From a virus, in the IMG/VR virus record IMGVR_UViG_3300003375_000013, positions 32,001-96,000 of that record: a stretch of 64,000 nucleotides of DNA. One strand, given 5' to 3'. A program made the translations under genes and the position numbers. Shown here piece after piece: positions 62,429 to 64,000 of the stretch. Numbering within the stretch: the stretch's first letter is position 1; each line of letters begins with the position of its first letter. Under the pieces are notes generated by a model, which was given only the letters and a program-made list of their open reading frames with translations, searched no databases and was not told the DNA's origin.

Positions 62429-62457
62429 ACTATTATATATGAGTTAAATACTATCCT

Positions 62458-64000
62458 ATGTTAAACATCTATCAAGTACCAACTAATGAAGTTACTAAAA
62501 TTGAATGGGAAGATGATTTCCTTGATTATGATAGTAAACTATCTCAACTAGGCAATGGACACGAAGAATTCTTAGTAATAAATCCAGAATTTGAAGGATC
62601 TGGATTACATAAAACTATAGAAAGAATACCCCCTACACCAGGAATTAAATGTGTGGTGTGGAAATTTCACGGCAATTGGATAGCAAAATATTTTAATAAA
62701 GCATGGACTCCGGACATGGGCTATTGGCCAGTAAAACTATTCAATACGGAATCTACTTTAGTATGGAAAAGAAATCCAGATATACCCGAAGAGTTACCTT
62801 TTTTAAACGATCCGTCTAAGTTAAATGCAGCACAAGAAGCAGAGATGCCATGGATTTCAGTATGGTACTTAGATCCAATGTTTAATCCTACTTCAGAAAA
62901 AATATGGGTAATGCGATGTTACAATTTATCAAATTCATCAATTAGTGGCGAAACAGATATGGGATATATTAGTCCCAAAGTCAGAATAAAATATAATCCT
63001 GATATTCCTAAAATAGATTTTGATATTAACTTTTTGATTCCATGGTATGATTTAAAATATGAACATGTATGGCATTTAGACGAACGATTTAATCCCACAG
63101 AGGATAAAATTTGGGCAATCAAAATAAAATTAATGAATGGTATGCCTAAACAAACAAAAGATATGGGATATGTTAGTCCAAAGATAATTTATAATCCAGA
63201 GCTACCAGTACTTGATTATACTATAGATGATCATATTCCTTATTATGATTTAGCATATGAACATGTATGGACAGTTGACGAGAGATTAGTCAACAGCTAT
63301 GAAGAAGTATGGGCAGCAAAAATTGTACCACACGAGTCCGAGGGTGTTAAGGTGGTCGGAAATATTAAATGCAATTTGCCTGAACAATTAGATGTGGTGT
63401 TTATTAGTTACAATGAACCTAATGCCGAAGCTAATTGGCAAAAAGTATTAGCAAAAGCTCCTAATGCTAAACGAGTTAATGGTGTGAAGGGTATTGTGGC
63501 TGCTCACAAACAAGCAGCGGCTATAGTAACCACTGACATGTTTTATGTAGTCGATGGTGATGCTGACTTAGCTGACTATTGGGATTTTAAATTTCAACCA
63601 AACTTGTTTGATAGAGATTGTGTTCATGTTTGGCGTAGTATTAATCCTGTGAATGAGTTAAAGTATGGATATGGCGGAGTTAAATTATTTCCAACTAAGT
63701 TAGTTATATCGGCAAATCCTAACAACACAGATATGACCACTAGTTTAAGTGATAAATTTAAACTAATGCCTAAGATTAGTAACACTACTGCTTTCAATAG
63801 TGATAAATTTAGTACTTGGCGCAGCGCATTTAGAGAATGTGCTAAATTGTCTGGCAAAGTACTAAAACGACAAATGGTTCGTGAAACAGAAAAACGCCTA
63901 GACATTTGGTGTACACTAGGTGCAGATAAACCCTTTGGAAAATATGCGATAGCAGGAGCAATTGCGGGCAGAAAATTCGGAGAAGAAAATCAAGGCAATG
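62458..64000 (+). CDS. Repeat-containing protein with C-terminal GT-A glycosyltransferase-like domain (runs off the window)
   Basis: Hand translation from ATG 62458 is open to the end; about 60-aa repeats, then DVVFISYNEP, VVDGDA, YGYGGVKLF, WRSAFREC. Confidence 0.8.
   Translation, partial: MLNIYQVPTNEVTKIEWEDDFLDYDSKLSQLGNGHEEFLVINPEFEGSGLHKTIERIPPTPGIKCVVWKFHGNWIAKYFNKAWTPDMGYWPVKLFNTESTLVWKRNPDIPEELPFLNDPSKLNAAQEAEMPWISVWYLDPMFNPTSEKIWVMRCYNLSNSSISGETDMGYISPKVRIKYNPDIPKIDFDINFLIPWYDLKYEHVWHLDERFNPTEDKIWAIKIKLMNGMPKQTKDMGYVSPKIIYNPELPVLDYTIDDHIPYYDLAYEHVWTVDERLVNSYEEVWAAKIVPHESEGVKVVGNIKCNLPEQLDVVFISYNEPNAEANWQKVLAKAPNAKRVNGVKGIVAAHKQAAAIVTTDMFYVVDGDADLADYWDFKFQPNLFDRDCVHVWRSINPVNELKYGYGGVKLFPTKLVISANPNNTDMTTSLSDKFKLMPKISNTTAFNSDKFSTWRSAFRECAKLSGKVLKRQMVRETEKRLDIWCTLGADKPFGKYAIAGAIAGRKFGEENQGN

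Noticed and set aside
1286-63905. Numerous 60-110 aa ORFs antisense or out of frame within well-supported genes (e.g. 1286-1585, 9792-10019, 17919-18209, 29264-29596, 54324-54596, 63624-63905)
   Set aside because: Fully nested in longer motif-bearing CDSs, with no start signals or recognisable motifs.
1-64000. Stop-codon reassignment (alternative genetic code)
   Set aside because: Long genes translate intact in the standard code, TAG, TGA and TAA all terminate genes, and no canonical suppressor tRNA was found.

Overview
AT-rich segment of a large T4-like tailed-phage genome. It has a family-B DNA polymerase, a probable sliding clamp, T4-type RNase H, ThyX, a MoxR/vWA pair, near-consensus sigma70 promoters and TAAATA late promoters. 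A proteobacterial, possibly betaproteobacterial, host is inferred only from a Bug/TctC protein, a PXPV-type lipoprotein and a two-piece tmRNA. The centre (about 21.9-38.9 kb, plus 47.3-48.0 kb) holds 28 tRNAs covering all 20 amino acids, one aberrant tRNA, a circularly permuted tmRNA with a 31-codon tag, and many structured non-coding RNAs. Eight free-standing homing endonucleases occur across the window. The flanks carry clusters for NDP-sugar synthesis, putative DNA-base glycosylation (TAGT/GREB1-like pair), radical SAM enzymes, 2OG-Fe(II) oxygenases, PP-loop ATPases and a fatty-acid desaturase. The most novel-looking signals are: (1) seven RNA cassettes sharing a covarying basal helix of up to 23 bp but each with a different multi-hairpin head, one being the tmRNA intervening sequence; (2) a 52-codon leader peptide containing all 20 amino acids, with terminator/antiterminator architecture, at the head of the tRNA array; (3) endonucleases that split tRNA genes and sit beside divergent replacement tRNAs; (4) an A54/U58 T-loop inversion in five tRNAs. 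All calls were made by eye from the sequence and ORF track; no database searches or folding programs were run.
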